Shown one piece after another: positions 8,787-18,825 of a DNA stretch of 64,000 nucleotides. The DNA is from Staphylococcus phage vB_Sau_P68, in sequence record OL741057.1, one strand, 5' to 3'. Below the pieces are notes generated by a model. That model saw only the letters and a list, made by a program, of their open reading frames with translations, searched no databases and had not been told where the DNA came from. How positions within the stretch are numbered: the first letter of the stretch is position 1; each line of letters opens with the position of its first letter. A program made the translations under genes and the position numbers.

Positions 8787-11105
8787 TTAAATTTCTTGAT
8801 AGATAGATTTCTCACCTTTAACTACACTAGTAGCCTTTTCAAATTGCTCATCAGTTAATTTACCTGATTCTTTATAGTCTTCTAGTGTTTGTAAGTTCAT
8901 CATGTACTTAATATAACCCTGGTAAGAATTAAATGTATCTATTTCTTCTTCATCGTAATCTACCATATCGTTATAATTTAATCCAATTTCCATATCTGCT
9001 TTAATAGGGTACTGTACTTCTTTACCGCCAATTTCAGCTTTTAGGAAATCAAATGGTAAGTTCTCCATAACATGGATTGTTACCTTAGCCATTAATTTAG
9101 CTTCCTCAGGAGGACAGTCAATTAAAATACTATCGTGTACTGTGGCAATAACTTTTGATTTCAAGTTACGAGATTGAATAAAGTCATCTAAGTAAGTTAA
9201 AGACATATTTGTTAAGAAACTACCTGAACCTTGAATGATAGTATTAAATGATTGTCTTAACCCTTCATTTCTTATTTTCTTTTCTGCTGATTGAGCTGAA
9301 CGGATGAAGCGTCTATGACCATGCATCGTATCAACATAACCATATTGTTGCACAAACTCATGTACATTGTCAATAGAAGTTTTTACACTAGGTTTTGTTT
9401 GGAAATACTTTTCAAAGATTTCTTCTGCTTCACTTACTTCCATATTATTTTTACCTGCAAATGAGAATGGTGACTCACCGAAGGCTAATCCAAAGTTTAC
9501 TGCTTTTGTTGCTTGTCTTTCTTCTTTAGTTACTTCTTCTACTGGTTTGTTATAGACAATACTTGCAGTAGCCTTATGGATATCTTCACCATTTAAGAAT
9601 GATTGTAGCATATCAGGGTCTTTAGTAAATAATCCAATAATACGCATCTCTAGAGCACTATAGTCGGCTCCTAGTAATACCCCATTTTCAAATCTAGAAA
9701 CAAATGAACGTTTAATTGGGTGTTTATAATCAAATTTATTTACATCTGATGTGTGTGCAGGTAAGTTCTGTAAGTTAGGATTACTACTACTTAATCGTGA
9801 TGTCTCTGTACCTGTCTCAGAGAAAGAACCGTGTAATGTTCTTTTTTGTTTATTAATCATATTAGGTAACTTCTTAGTAAATGAATTACGTTTTGTCTGC
9901 ATACTAGCATGGTATTTAAGTAATTCAAGAAGTTCTTTAACATCATCTTTTAAATCTAAGTTATCTAGTGCATAACCGATAGATTTTTTATCTGTTTTGT
10001 AGTCCTGCCAAGTAAGGTCTGCTTCTTTAACATTAGCATTAAAAGGTTTCTCTTTAACATACTCTTTATCATAAGGTAATTGAATACCTAGTATATCATA
10101 AATAACTCTACCCTTATGGTCTCCTGAACTAGGTGAGAACATCCATTTACCATCTTTAAACTTATCTCTGTATTGATGAATATCCTTATCTCTATCCTTA
10201 GGTTTCTTCTCATGCTCTTCTAAAGCCATTTGATAAAGGTTATACTGATATTCTTCAAACTCTTTAACAGCCCAATGCTCTCTCATAGTAGCGTGGTTCT
10301 TAGCCATCTCAGACTCGTATGACTCATCATTCTCTTTCATGTAATCTAAGTCACAGTATAAACCATTTGATTCAATTCTAGCTAATGATTTAGTTAATCT
10401 AGGGTAGTTAACTTCTAATAAATGCATTGACTTAGGTCTATCTTGTTCTTCTAATTTCTTAACTACATCACAGTGAATTCTTCTACATACATCTGTATCT
10501 CCTGATGCATATGGATGCATTAACTCAATAGGGAACCAATCATAGTTAAAGTTACCTCCATCAATATCATTAACTACATCTTTTGCATCTCGATACTTAT
10601 TAATAAGTTCTATAGCAGTAGTTAAGGTATATGACTTAGCATCATTAGATAATCCCATATATTCAGGTGATTGTTCTGCAATAACCTTAAAGTCATCTTC
10701 CATAGTATAATCCATGTTAACAACCTCAGGTTTTAATCCTAACTGAGTGTATTTCTTTTCTAACTCACTCTCCCCTGTCATTTCTTCTAACTTATTATCT
10801 AACCATTCTTTATAGTCAGGAGCTTTAATGTCATACTCTTTCTTAGCAACCTTTTTATTCTCTTTTTGTATTTCTTTAACTTTATCTGAGAAGAATCTCA
10901 ATAACTTAGTAACAAACCACATTTTAAAATCCTCTAGCGGTTTATCATATCCACCTACATCTGTTACTTCATAAGCTAAATCAGATAATCTTAATGATTC
11001 TTTAACTTCTTGTGTTACAGCTAAGTACCATCCTACTTTAGTATCTTGAATACTCTCAAAGGCTCTAAAGTTTTCAGTACTCATTAAGAACTTGATATCA
11101 TATTT
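8787..11105 (-). CDS. family A DNA polymerase, exon 2 (polymerase domain; begins KYDIKFL...)
   Basis: PolA motifs A (DYSALEMRI), B (RQATKAVNFGLAFG) and C (VHDSILID) are present. The frame is open upstream of the annotated Met back to codon AAA at 11105, which is preceded by G (omega-G). Joining it to exon 1 gives HNGKYD, the ExoII motif. Confidence 0.75.
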   Translation of the reverse strand, partial: KYDIKFLMSTENFRAFESIQDTKVGWYLAVTQEVKESLRLSDLAYEVTDVGGYDKPLEDFKMWFVTKLLRFFSDKVKEIQKENKKVAKKEYDIKAPDYKEWLDNKLEEMTGESELEKKYTQLGLKPEVVNMDYTMEDDFKVIAEQSPEYMGLSNDAKSYTLTTAIELINKYRDAKDVVNDIDGGNFNYDWFPIELMHPYASGDTDVCRRIHCDVVKKLEEQDRPKSMHLLEVNYPRLTKSLARIESNGLYCDLDYMKENDESYESEMAKNHATMREHWAVKEFEEYQYNLYQMALEEHEKKPKDRDKDIHQYRDKFKDGKWMFSPSSGDHKGRVIYDILGIQLPYDKEYVKEKPFNANVKEADLTWQDYKTDKKSIGYALDNLDLKDDVKELLELLKYHASMQTKRNSFTKKLPNMINKQKRTLHGSFSETGTETSRLSSSNPNLQNLPAHTSDVNKFDYKHPIKRSFVSRFENGVLLGADYSALEMRIIGLFTKDPDMLQSFLNGEDIHKATASIVYNKPVEEVTKEERQATKAVNFGLAFGESPFSFAGKNNMEVSEAEEIFEKYFQTKPSVKTSIDNVHEFVQQYGYVDTMHGHRRFIRSAQSAEKKIRNEGLRQSFNTIIQGSGSFLTNMSLTYLDDFIQSRNLKSKVIATVHDSILIDCPPEEAKLMAKVTIHVMENLPFDFLKAEIGGKEVQYPIKADMEIGLNYNDMVDYDEEEIDTFNSYQGYIKYMMNLQTLEDYKESGKLTDEQFEKATSVVKGEKSIYQEI

Positions 11106-11903
11106 CGTTTTAGCCTGTATATTTCTATACAGAACGGACTATACCTTCATAAGCCCTTACCATTAGGTTTTTTTGTAGTTACCTAAATGGGCTTGATGTC
11201 CCTCATTTACATAGTGTGATTATTTTTTGTGATGTGTATCTTCATGACATGATTTACATAACCATTTTATTTCTAAAGGTTTGTTATAATCAGGATGATG
11301 AGCCTCAGGAATACATTCCTTATTACACTCTGAACATTTACTAGGTCTTAATAGAGAACCGTTTCTTAATGCAGTTCTTACAGAGTTTCTAGCTTTAGCT
11401 TTTAAAGAATTATTTTCTCTGTATTTTCTTGAACGCTTTTTATTTAGTTCCCTTCCTCTATCAGAAGTATTATACTCATTACCTTGTTTCCGATACTTAT
11501 CTCCATTTTTCTCATAACATTTTTTAATAGTATTTTTAGTTTTATCTAATTTATTATATTCCTTTCTACAAGGTATACACATACTCTGATAATAAGTTTT
11601 ATCATTCTTTTTATATGTTTTAAAATTAGATAAATCTAACTCTTCATTACATCTTCTACATACTTTTTTGTTATTTTTAACTGATGTCATATAATCTTTT
11701 TTCACTGTACCACCTCTATTAAGTTGATACACTATGTCTCACCTTGGTCTACAAAACCTCGGCTCAGTCTCTACACCCCATCTATTGTCACCAATAATGT
11801 AGGCTCGGGATTACCACTATCCTTATTACAGGACTTAGGTTCTCTTATCAGCTTCTTAAAGCTATGCCCGATATGAGAGGGATTTTACAACAGCAAATCA
11901 TTT
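11106..11903 (-). ncRNA. group I intron in the DNA polymerase gene (about 798 nt) with an HNH endonuclease ORF inserted between the R and S elements
   Basis: The 5' exon ends in U (ggu|). An R-like element UGUAGAGACUGA lies at 11764-11775 and an S element AAGGUAUAGUCC at 11136-11147. A P9 hairpin CUGUAUA-GAAA-UAUACAG with a GNRA loop follows, and the intron ends ...GGCUAAAACG (omega-G). P/Q-like pairing is UCGGG/CCCGA. GC content is elevated relative to the flanks. Confidence 0.75.
11220..11732 (-). CDS. intron-encoded HNH homing endonuclease (170 aa)
   Basis: HNH motif EAHHPDYNKPLEIKWLCKSCHEDTHH with flanking CxxC zinc ligands, plus N-terminal CxxC pairs. It lies inside the intron on the same strand. 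Confidence 0.75.
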   Translation of the reverse strand: MYQLNRGGTVKKDYMTSVKNNKKVCRRCNEELDLSNFKTYKKNDKTYYQSMCIPCRKEYNKLDKTKNTIKKCYEKNGDKYRKQGNEYNTSDRGRELNKKRSRKYRENNSLKAKARNSVRTALRNGSLLRPSKCSECNKECIPEAHHPDYNKPLEIKWLCKSCHEDTHHKK

Positions 11904-12770
11904 ACCGTTGTGTGCTACCTTAATATCTTCTTTGCTAGCTAACCAATTCTTAAACAACTCTAATACTTCATCAATATCATCTTGACCATTTTCCCATCTA
12001 AAGTCTGATTTGTATAAAGGTATAGTTACACCTTGACCATTTCTCCATGATAGAGATAATACTAAAGGTTTACTTCCTTCTTTATCAGGTTTCAATGAGT
12101 TAGTCTCTAAGTCCCATGCAGTGATATCTACACCGTCATAGTTATCATTCGTTACTTCCTTAGTAAATATTTCTCTAACTCTTTCAATGTTATCTACTAA
12201 TTCATAAGATACCTCTTTAGGTTTAAAGGCTTCTTCTCCTTGCTCTACAAACTTACCTACTGTTTGTAAGTCTGATACAACATGACGTTCACTATTTTTA
12301 TTTACATTAGTGTACTCAATACTATACGTAGGTAATACCCATACATCATGAGAAGATGTTTCATTTTCAACTGTTACTTTACTTGGTACTCCTCTTACTT
12401 TACCGATAGCTGTAACATTTAATAAGTATTTAACTCCTAATTTACCTACAGGAATAATCATATCATAAGCATTATCAATAATAATGTTATTCATTCTTTC
12501 ATAGTATGGTTTTACTTCTGCTTGTTTAACATCTTGATATTTAATAATCTTACCATAATCATTTCTAATAGGTGTAGGTACTGCATTATAAAGAAAATCA
12601 ATATCATAGTCTCTATTTGTTTTATCTCTCTTTAATTTAGAACACTTCTCAAGTAACTTCTTAAGTGTTTTTCCGTTAGGTGTATTTAATACATTAGACT
12701 TCACACTCCCATCTTTACTTACAGAAAAGTGTTCTTCTCTAATGTGGTCGAATAAGATTAATACTTTCAT
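11904..12770 (-). CDS. family A DNA polymerase, exon 1 (3'-5' exonuclease domain, 289 codons)
   Basis: ExoI motif ITAWDLETNSL. The ORF runs ...KVAHNG then reads into the intron (K, stop). The last exon nucleotide is U, as group I splicing requires. Confidence 0.75.
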
Positions 12771-12796
12771 TTAGTTCCTCTCCTTTTTTAACTTAA

Positions 12797-12829
12797 TAAT
12801 ACTATACCATATATTTTAAACCGTGTCAA
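12797..12829 (-). promoter_or_regulatory. sigma-A-like promoter TTGACA-17-TATAGT for the DNA polymerase gene
   Basis: tgtcaa at 12824-12829 and actata at 12801-12806 with a 17-nt spacer. An AAAAAAGGAG RBS follows. Confidence 0.6.
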
Positions 12830-12830
12830 T

Positions 12831-12857
12831 AAAAAAAGAAGAGAATTATTTCTCTTC
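12831..12857 (-). terminator. rho-independent terminator (GAAGAGAA-AUAA-UUCUCUUC followed by U7)
   Basis: Inverted repeat gaagagaa/ttctcttc plus an A-run on the plus strand, directly after the HU-like gene stop. Confidence 0.65.
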
Positions 12858-13151
12858 TTCATTGAGTCTATTAATAACCTCTTCTAGTTCTTTAAGTGGT
12901 TTAAATTTTATAGCTTTTCTGTTAGGTAAATGGAAATATTCTTTATTTAGCCCATCCCAAGCTTTTTTACCTTTTCTTTCAATAACTTCTATTTGTAGAA
13001 ATTTATGGTTCTTTACTTTAGTATATCCTTCTTCTAATAAGTCAGAGATAGCATCTGTCTCTGCACTTAGTATCTCTTCTACATCTTGTATATAATACCC
13101 TGTATTCTCTGATATCTTCCTTGCTATGTCTCTTCTATTTGCTGTACTCAT
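12846..13151 (-). CDS. HU/IHF-family DNA-binding protein (101 aa)
   Basis: HU-like size and arm region (...HLPNRKAIKFKPLKEL) with a helical N-terminal half. Confidence 0.55.
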   Translation of the reverse strand: MSTANRRDIARKISENTGYYIQDVEEILSAETDAISDLLEEGYTKVKNHKFLQIEVIERKGKKAWDGLNKEYFHLPNRKAIKFKPLKELEEVINRLNEEEK

Positions 13152-13160
13152 ATAATCACC

Positions 13161-13757
13161 TTATATCTTAATCTTTCGTTGTTGTTTTAGTTTCGTAATT
13201 ACATCGTCTACATCTTCAAAATCATGGCTACTTGTTAAGATATAGATATACATTTTCCATACTGATAAAGATACTCTAATTTTATCTGCAAAATCTACTT
13301 TATATTCAGGTTTTAAATCATAAGCTTCTCCATCAAAGAAATAGAATTTTTCTTGCTTTTCATCTACTTCTAGTATACGTGGGAATGATAAATGAACTTC
13401 ATCTACGTTTGTTTTAATATCATGTAAACTTCTAATAATATCATAAGGGTTTACATAAGGGAATACCACTGAAATATCAATAATAACTTTTGTTCCCATG
13501 AATGATAAAGCTATATTATCTACTTCTTTTGCAGTAAAGCCGTTACGCATACGATAAACAACTTCTGAATCAGGATGACTAGATAAGTCCTTTAATACAT
13601 AATACGGTAATACTGAGTCTGTATAGTATGTAATTTTACCACCGTGCTTACATACCTTCTCTATAAGTCTATCATTATTGTATTTCTCATTAAATAACAT
13701 ATAATGATTTTCATCTCTCATGATGTATCGTCTAGACTTAGATATTAACTCATCCAT
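13161..13757 (-). CDS. hypothetical protein (198 aa)
   Basis: ORF track. Confidence 0.45.
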   Translation of the reverse strand: MDELISKSRRYIMRDENHYMLFNEKYNNDRLIEKVCKHGGKITYYTDSVLPYYVLKDLSSHPDSEVVYRMRNGFTAKEVDNIALSFMGTKVIIDISVVFPYVNPYDIIRSLHDIKTNVDEVHLSFPRILEVDEKQEKFYFFDGEAYDLKPEYKVDFADKIRVSLSVWKMYIYILTSSHDFEDVDDVITKLKQQRKIKI

Positions 13758-13964
13758 ATTTTTTTCAATCTCTTCTTCATTACTGTGTGTGACTTTAATA
13801 GCCTCATTAATTTTATCTTTATCTTTTGTGTGTATATTAAAATACCTATCACTATTATATATCGTTAATGTTTTATTCTTTGCGATATGTCATCTTCCTC
13901 TCATTAAAAAAATCCTACTACCTTGTACTATTATAGTATAGCACAGATAGCAGGAAATTCCAAA

Positions 13965-14297
13965 TTAAAGTGACTCTAATTCTTGTAATTGCATTGGTGT
14001 AACTTGGTCTTCATATTTCTTAGCTAATTGACCATCTTTATAACCTATTAACACTGGAGTACTCATAATATCAAAAAGTTTAATTGCTTTCTCTCTATCT
14101 ACATCTTCTGCATCTAAATTAAGTGTTAAGATAGGTTTATTGATATCTCCTGATTCTTGGAACATAGGAATTACACTTTTTAAAATCTCACATTTACCAC
14201 AATTATCTTGAGTAATCATTACAATAACATCTTTCTTTTGTCTAATTGCTGTATTTAAGTCTACTAAACTATTCATTTTTTCCATCTTCTGAATCAT
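13965..14297 (-). CDS. thioredoxin/NrdH-like redoxin (110 aa)
   Basis: CxxC active site QDNCGKCEIL in a thioredoxin-sized protein beside the nrd genes. Confidence 0.6.
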   Translation of the reverse strand: MIQKMEKMNSLVDLNTAIRQKKDVIVMITQDNCGKCEILKSVIPMFQESGDINKPILTLNLDAEDVDREKAIKLFDIMSTPVLIGYKDGQLAKKYEDQVTPMQLQELESL

Positions 14298-14598
14298 CCT
14301 TTTCTAATGTTTTAATAATTTCGGGAAATGAGTTAACTACTGTTGCTTTCTGTGCTTCATAACCTTCTGCTAAGTCAATAAGTTTTAATTGTTCTGAGCC
14401 GTAAGATAAAGTATACATCGTCATATCATGCATAAACTCTAACTGAAATGACTTAGAAGTATCATCAGCTTTAGCATCCTTAGCGTTACTGAATAACTTC
14501 ATAGGGTCATTTATATCACTTACACATGAAAACTCATCATGTTTTTTAAATAGTGTTTCTGTTTTGCTTAATAAATCCATTGCTTCTTTTCTATCCAT
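14269..14598 (-). CDS. hypothetical protein (109 aa)
   Basis: ORF track. It overlaps the redoxin gene start. Confidence 0.4.
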   Translation of the reverse strand: MDRKEAMDLLSKTETLFKKHDEFSCVSDINDPMKLFSNAKDAKADDTSKSFQLEFMHDMTMYTLSYGSEQLKLIDLAEGYEAQKATVVNSFPEIIKTLEKDDSEDGKNE

Positions 14599-14615
14599 AA
14601 TATCTTTTCTCCTTT

Positions 14616-15665
14616 TTATAGGAATTCTTTAGCAATACTATATTCCTTACTATCTAAGAATGAGAAATCTTCATCCTTAATATCTTTGATATTTGTAGAT
14701 TTTTCATAGTCTGCTTTACCACTAAAGAAATCAACATTTCGTAATCTATCTACATTAGTTTGATTTTCTACAATAGGGTTATACGGTTCAGGATTAAAGT
14801 AGTCTTCTCTACCTAGGTTTTGAAGAGCTCTGTTAAAGTTATACTGAACATAGTTAATTACGTCTTCACTTAATTCTAATGGGTCATATAGGCTATGTGT
14901 ATATGCTACTTCATTAGTGTAAAGGATATCTAGTAATTCATAAGTTTCCTTATCTGCTAAGTTTTTCTCTTGTTCTGTTAAAAGATTATAATCATATTGA
15001 GCTGTTAATCCTACTGCTGAACCATGATAAGCTTCATCTTGGGTAATCTTATAAATGATAGCCCCTGATTGTGTCATCTGTCCTCTACCTGCAAGAAGTA
15101 GTGGGTAATAAAATCCTGAGTAGAATAATGCACTTTCTAAGAAGGCACTAGCTACTTTAGCCATATATCTATCGAATATAGTAGGGTTAGGTTTTAGTAA
15201 CTGGTCATAGTAATAACCAATAAACTGAGCTTTTACTTTTAAGAAGTCATTCTCTTCAACCCAAGTATCTAACAAATAGCTTGTCTCTTTATTATTTAGT
15301 AATGTTGTAAAGATATGACTATAGGATTTGGCATGTATCTCTTCCATACCACCCATAAACGCAAATACAGCTTGGTATTTAGGTCTTGGTTCATGATAGG
15401 ATACTAAGTTCATACCTTCCCCTCCTTGCTTTGTATCGAGCCCTGTGAGCCCTGCAAGGACTTTCTTATAAGTGTTCTTTTCACTCTCAGTTAAACTGTT
15501 CCAAGAACTTAAATCTCTTGATACATCAAACTCTTCAGGAGTCCAAAATTGAGAGATTCCTTGCTCCCAATAAATATCAGACATCCCGTCATCTTCAATA
15601 TTCCAGTTTGTTGCTTTTAATACTGCATTTTTATTATGTTGTTTTACTTTTTGTGTAATATCCAT
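14616..15665 (-). CDS. nrdF: ribonucleotide reductase class Ib small subunit NrdF
   Basis: Di-iron ligand pattern (E...H, FSGFYYPLL and similar). I prefer the internal Met (MDITQKV) at 15665 because it has an AGGAAA RBS. The annotated start at 15704 overlaps the nrdE 3' end. Confidence 0.75.
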   Translation of the reverse strand: MDITQKVKQHNKNAVLKATNWNIEDDGMSDIYWEQGISQFWTPEEFDVSRDLSSWNSLTESEKNTYKKVLAGLTGLDTKQGGEGMNLVSYHEPRPKYQAVFAFMGGMEEIHAKSYSHIFTTLLNNKETSYLLDTWVEENDFLKVKAQFIGYYYDQLLKPNPTIFDRYMAKVASAFLESALFYSGFYYPLLLAGRGQMTQSGAIIYKITQDEAYHGSAVGLTAQYDYNLLTEQEKNLADKETYELLDILYTNEVAYTHSLYDPLELSEDVINYVQYNFNRALQNLGREDYFNPEPYNPIVENQTNVDRLRNVDFFSGKADYEKSTNIKDIKDEDFSFLDSKEYSIAKEFL

Positions 15666-15678
15666 ATCTATTTCCTTT

Positions 15679-17793
15679 CTAAACCGAACATGTTTCACAT
15701 TCAATAACAGAAAGTTTACGTGAACGTGTATAGTATAATGATTTTAATCCTTGTTCCCAAGCATAGTAATATAGTGATACTAACTTGTTAGTTGGTATTT
15801 CCGATTCTACATAAAGAATAGTAGATACTGCTTGGTCTGTGTGCTTCTGAACTACAGCACTTGTATTAATAATACGTTTATTATCAATCTTATAAGCTGT
15901 TTCTCCTTCATAGAAGAATTGAGTTATAGGACTTAGGTAAGGCATTGGGTAGTATGTCTCCATATCTCCATATTGTCTATTCTCAATAGCACTAGGTACA
16001 GGCATAATTGAGCTTGTAGCATTCTGTACGTATGATATAGATTGAGTAGGTGCTTCAGCTTTTCTATACCCATTATACAATCCATGAATTTTAACTGCTT
16101 TAGCCAATTCATCCCAATCATCTTGAGTTGGAATATAAATTTTACTTAATACTTTCTTAGCTTTTTCTGTTTTAGGTTGGTTAGACTCTCTAATATATCT
16201 TACAAAGTATTCACCTGTAGCATAATCAGACTTTTCAAACCCTTTAAATGGTTTCCCTGTTTCTTTAGCCATTAACATAGAAGTTTTAATAGATTGGAAA
16301 TTAATAGCACTGTATAAACTATTTACTAAGTCTAATGCTTCTCTAGAACCGTAACTAATCATATTCTTAGCTAAAAGTCCATGTAAATTCATTGAGCCTA
16401 AACCGATAGCTCTGATGTCATCATTTGCTTTCTGAACACTAGGTAAATATGGTAAATCCATAATATCAGTAACTTTAGTTAATGCTCTTGTTCCGATATC
16501 TACAGATTCATTTAATAAACCTTTTTCAACTACATTAACTAGGTTAAGTGAACCTAATGTACAAACAACATCTCTATTAATAACATTCTTATTGCTGTGT
16601 GCATAAGGGTGTATTTCTGATACCTCTTGTAATTGTGAAATTTCTGTACATAAGTTACTCATTTTAACTTTACCTAAGTTTTTAAGAGGGTGGTTATCAT
16701 TAGCATTATCAACATAGAATACATAAGGGTAACCTGATTCTAATTGAGTTTTAGCAATATCTGTCATGACTTCTCTAGCATCATGTTTTACTTTACCAAT
16801 CTTATCATTAGTTAATAGTTCTTCGTACCATTCATCAATGTTTAGTTCATCTAGATACTTACCGTATACTTTATTAATATCATAAGTGTCAAAAGTATAG
16901 AAAGGTTTACCTTCTTTAACTAATTCCATAAACTTATTAGGAATTGTAACGCCAATAGATAATTTATCTAATCTAACTGATTCACTGGCATTAATTTTCT
17001 TAGAACTTAATAAATCCAAGATATCATTATGGAAAATATTAAGGTATACTGCACCACTACCTTGTCTAACTCCGCCTTGGTCATAAATACCTACTTTATG
17101 TTCAATAGCTTTAGCAAAAGCAATAACACCTTTACTTGAGTTAGGTCTATTACGTACTGGAGCACCTTTAGGTCTAATTCTAGTTAAGTCAATTGCAACT
17201 CCGCCACCATTAGAACTAGCGTTAGCTACACTATCTTCAACAAAGTTTAGAGACTCAATTGAATCATCTACTACAAATAGGTAACATGAACTTAGTTCAC
17301 CTCTATTGGCTTGTCCTGAGTTATTATACGTAGGTGTAGATGGTTGGAATGTTTGTTCCATAAGTTGTACTAGTAATTCTCTAGCTTTTACATAATCATT
17401 TTGGAATAGATATAAAGCTACTCGAACGTTATGTTGCTCATAATCTTCAACAAAAATAGGTTTCTTATCTTCATCATACTGTTTTGATGCATAAGACTCA
17501 TAAAACTTCTGACCTGCCATGAAACTAGGGAACTTAAAGTTAAAACTATAAGCTAACTTAGACATTTCATCAATAATAGTATCAGGAACACTATCAAATA
17601 TCTTATCATAAGTTCCTTCTTCTGTCAATACTCTAATTCTTTCTACTTCACTACTAAATTTTCTTGTGTTATCATCAATATATTTTAAATACTCATCTAA
17701 AGCTTCTTGGTCTTTATAGAGTTTATTTTTTCCATTATCATCTAATTGAGTTATCTCGTTGTTTAACTCAATCCATTTACCATATGTTGCCAT
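15679..17793 (-). CDS. nrdE: ribonucleotide reductase class Ib large subunit NrdE (704 aa, uninterrupted)
   Basis: The length and conserved C-terminal CETCSV-type tail are typical of NrdE. Catalytic Cys/Asn/Glu regions are present. Confidence 0.8.
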   Translation of the reverse strand: MATYGKWIELNNEITQLDDNGKNKLYKDQEALDEYLKYIDDNTRKFSSEVERIRVLTEEGTYDKIFDSVPDTIIDEMSKLAYSFNFKFPSFMAGQKFYESYASKQYDEDKKPIFVEDYEQHNVRVALYLFQNDYVKARELLVQLMEQTFQPSTPTYNNSGQANRGELSSCYLFVVDDSIESLNFVEDSVANASSNGGGVAIDLTRIRPKGAPVRNRPNSSKGVIAFAKAIEHKVGIYDQGGVRQGSGAVYLNIFHNDILDLLSSKKINASESVRLDKLSIGVTIPNKFMELVKEGKPFYTFDTYDINKVYGKYLDELNIDEWYEELLTNDKIGKVKHDAREVMTDIAKTQLESGYPYVFYVDNANDNHPLKNLGKVKMSNLCTEISQLQEVSEIHPYAHSNKNVINRDVVCTLGSLNLVNVVEKGLLNESVDIGTRALTKVTDIMDLPYLPSVQKANDDIRAIGLGSMNLHGLLAKNMISYGSREALDLVNSLYSAINFQSIKTSMLMAKETGKPFKGFEKSDYATGEYFVRYIRESNQPKTEKAKKVLSKIYIPTQDDWDELAKAVKIHGLYNGYRKAEAPTQSISYVQNATSSIMPVPSAIENRQYGDMETYYPMPYLSPITQFFYEGETAYKIDNKRIINTSAVVQKHTDQAVSTILYVESEIPTNKLVSLYYYAWEQGLKSLYYTRSRKLSVIECETCSV

Positions 17794-17807
17794 ATATCTC
17801 TCATCCT

Positions 17808-18239
17808 TTACGCTACTTTATATTTATTACTAAAGTGTTCTAATATTGGTTGTATTTCGTTAAAGTGTCCTGATTGCTCTACTTTAGCAATTAAAGGAAT
17901 CTTAAACATCTCTGAAATCTTTGTACTTGCTCCACAGAAATTAGAGCCCCATTGTTTATTTCCTGTACCAATAACTTCTTTAGGGCTCCCATTAATTTCT
18001 AAGAATCTTTCTATTTGTTTAGGTATTGCACCTTTCATATAGGTAGGTGTTATTAGTATAAAAGGTTTATCTACTTTCTCTTTTCCATTCTTAACCCTAA
18101 ACGTTTCAAATGAATTATTAATATTAATTTTGTTTACTAGTCGTTCTGTTTGTCCTGTACCTGAAAAATATACAATTAACGGTCTTTCTTTACTTGTCAT
18201 ACTTATCTTACCTTCCTTATATATCACTAAGAAGGTCAT
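17808..18239 (-). CDS. nrdI: NrdI flavodoxin-like protein
   Basis: LIVYFSGTGQTERL FMN-binding loop. The real start is probably the internal Met near 18200. Confidence 0.7.
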   Translation of the reverse strand: MTFLVIYKEGKISMTSKERPLIVYFSGTGQTERLVNKININNSFETFRVKNGKEKVDKPFILITPTYMKGAIPKQIERFLEINGSPKEVIGTGNKQWGSNFCGASTKISEMFKIPLIAKVEQSGHFNEIQPILEHFSNKYKVA

Positions 18240-18825
18240 TAATCAATTCATCTTCATGCTTACTTACTTCAGATAAATTAGACTCGACCTTCTTGTATGG
18301 TTTTACATCTTTTTTGTCGTAGCAAGATATAATATAAGAAGGTGTAAATGAGGTCAACCCATTCATGGTAGTTATAAGGACATCATAAAAAAATTTATCT
18401 TTTCTAATATTATCAATAATAAAATCTGTTCTCATAACAGGGTATTCATTATCTCTTAAGTCCTCATATACTTTTTCATCATAAGGTAAAGCAACATAAC
18501 TCTGAGCTCTGTTTCTAGTAAATATTAAGCAGGGTGTCTTATTCACCTTACTACTATCATTAATAACTTGTTCCCACCATGTATGTGGCTCTCTATTGTT
18601 TAGAAGAACATTATCTATAGTCCATTCTTCTCTATGTTTACATTCAACTACTAAAGGAAAATTAGCTTCCTGAGGTACTACTATATCTCCGACAGCATTA
18701 TTATCTTTACCCCAAGAGGCACCACCTGATTGGGGAGACCTATTAAATTGGTACCCCCACCAAGAAGTTAGTTCTTTAGCTATTTTACGTTCGAATGTAT
18801 CTCCCTTTTTCTTACTGTTCGTCAT
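18217..18825 (-). CDS. PD-(D/E)xK superfamily nuclease (putative resolvase/recombination nuclease, 202 aa)
   Basis: Motif GDIVVP...LVVECKH (D...E-x-K). Confidence 0.45.
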   Translation of the reverse strand: MTNSKKKGDTFERKIAKELTSWWGYQFNRSPQSGGASWGKDNNAVGDIVVPQEANFPLVVECKHREEWTIDNVLLNNREPHTWWEQVINDSSKVNKTPCLIFTRNRAQSYVALPYDEKVYEDLRDNEYPVMRTDFIIDNIRKDKFFYDVLITTMNGLTSFTPSYIISCYDKKDVKPYKKVESNLSEVSKHEDELINDLLSDI

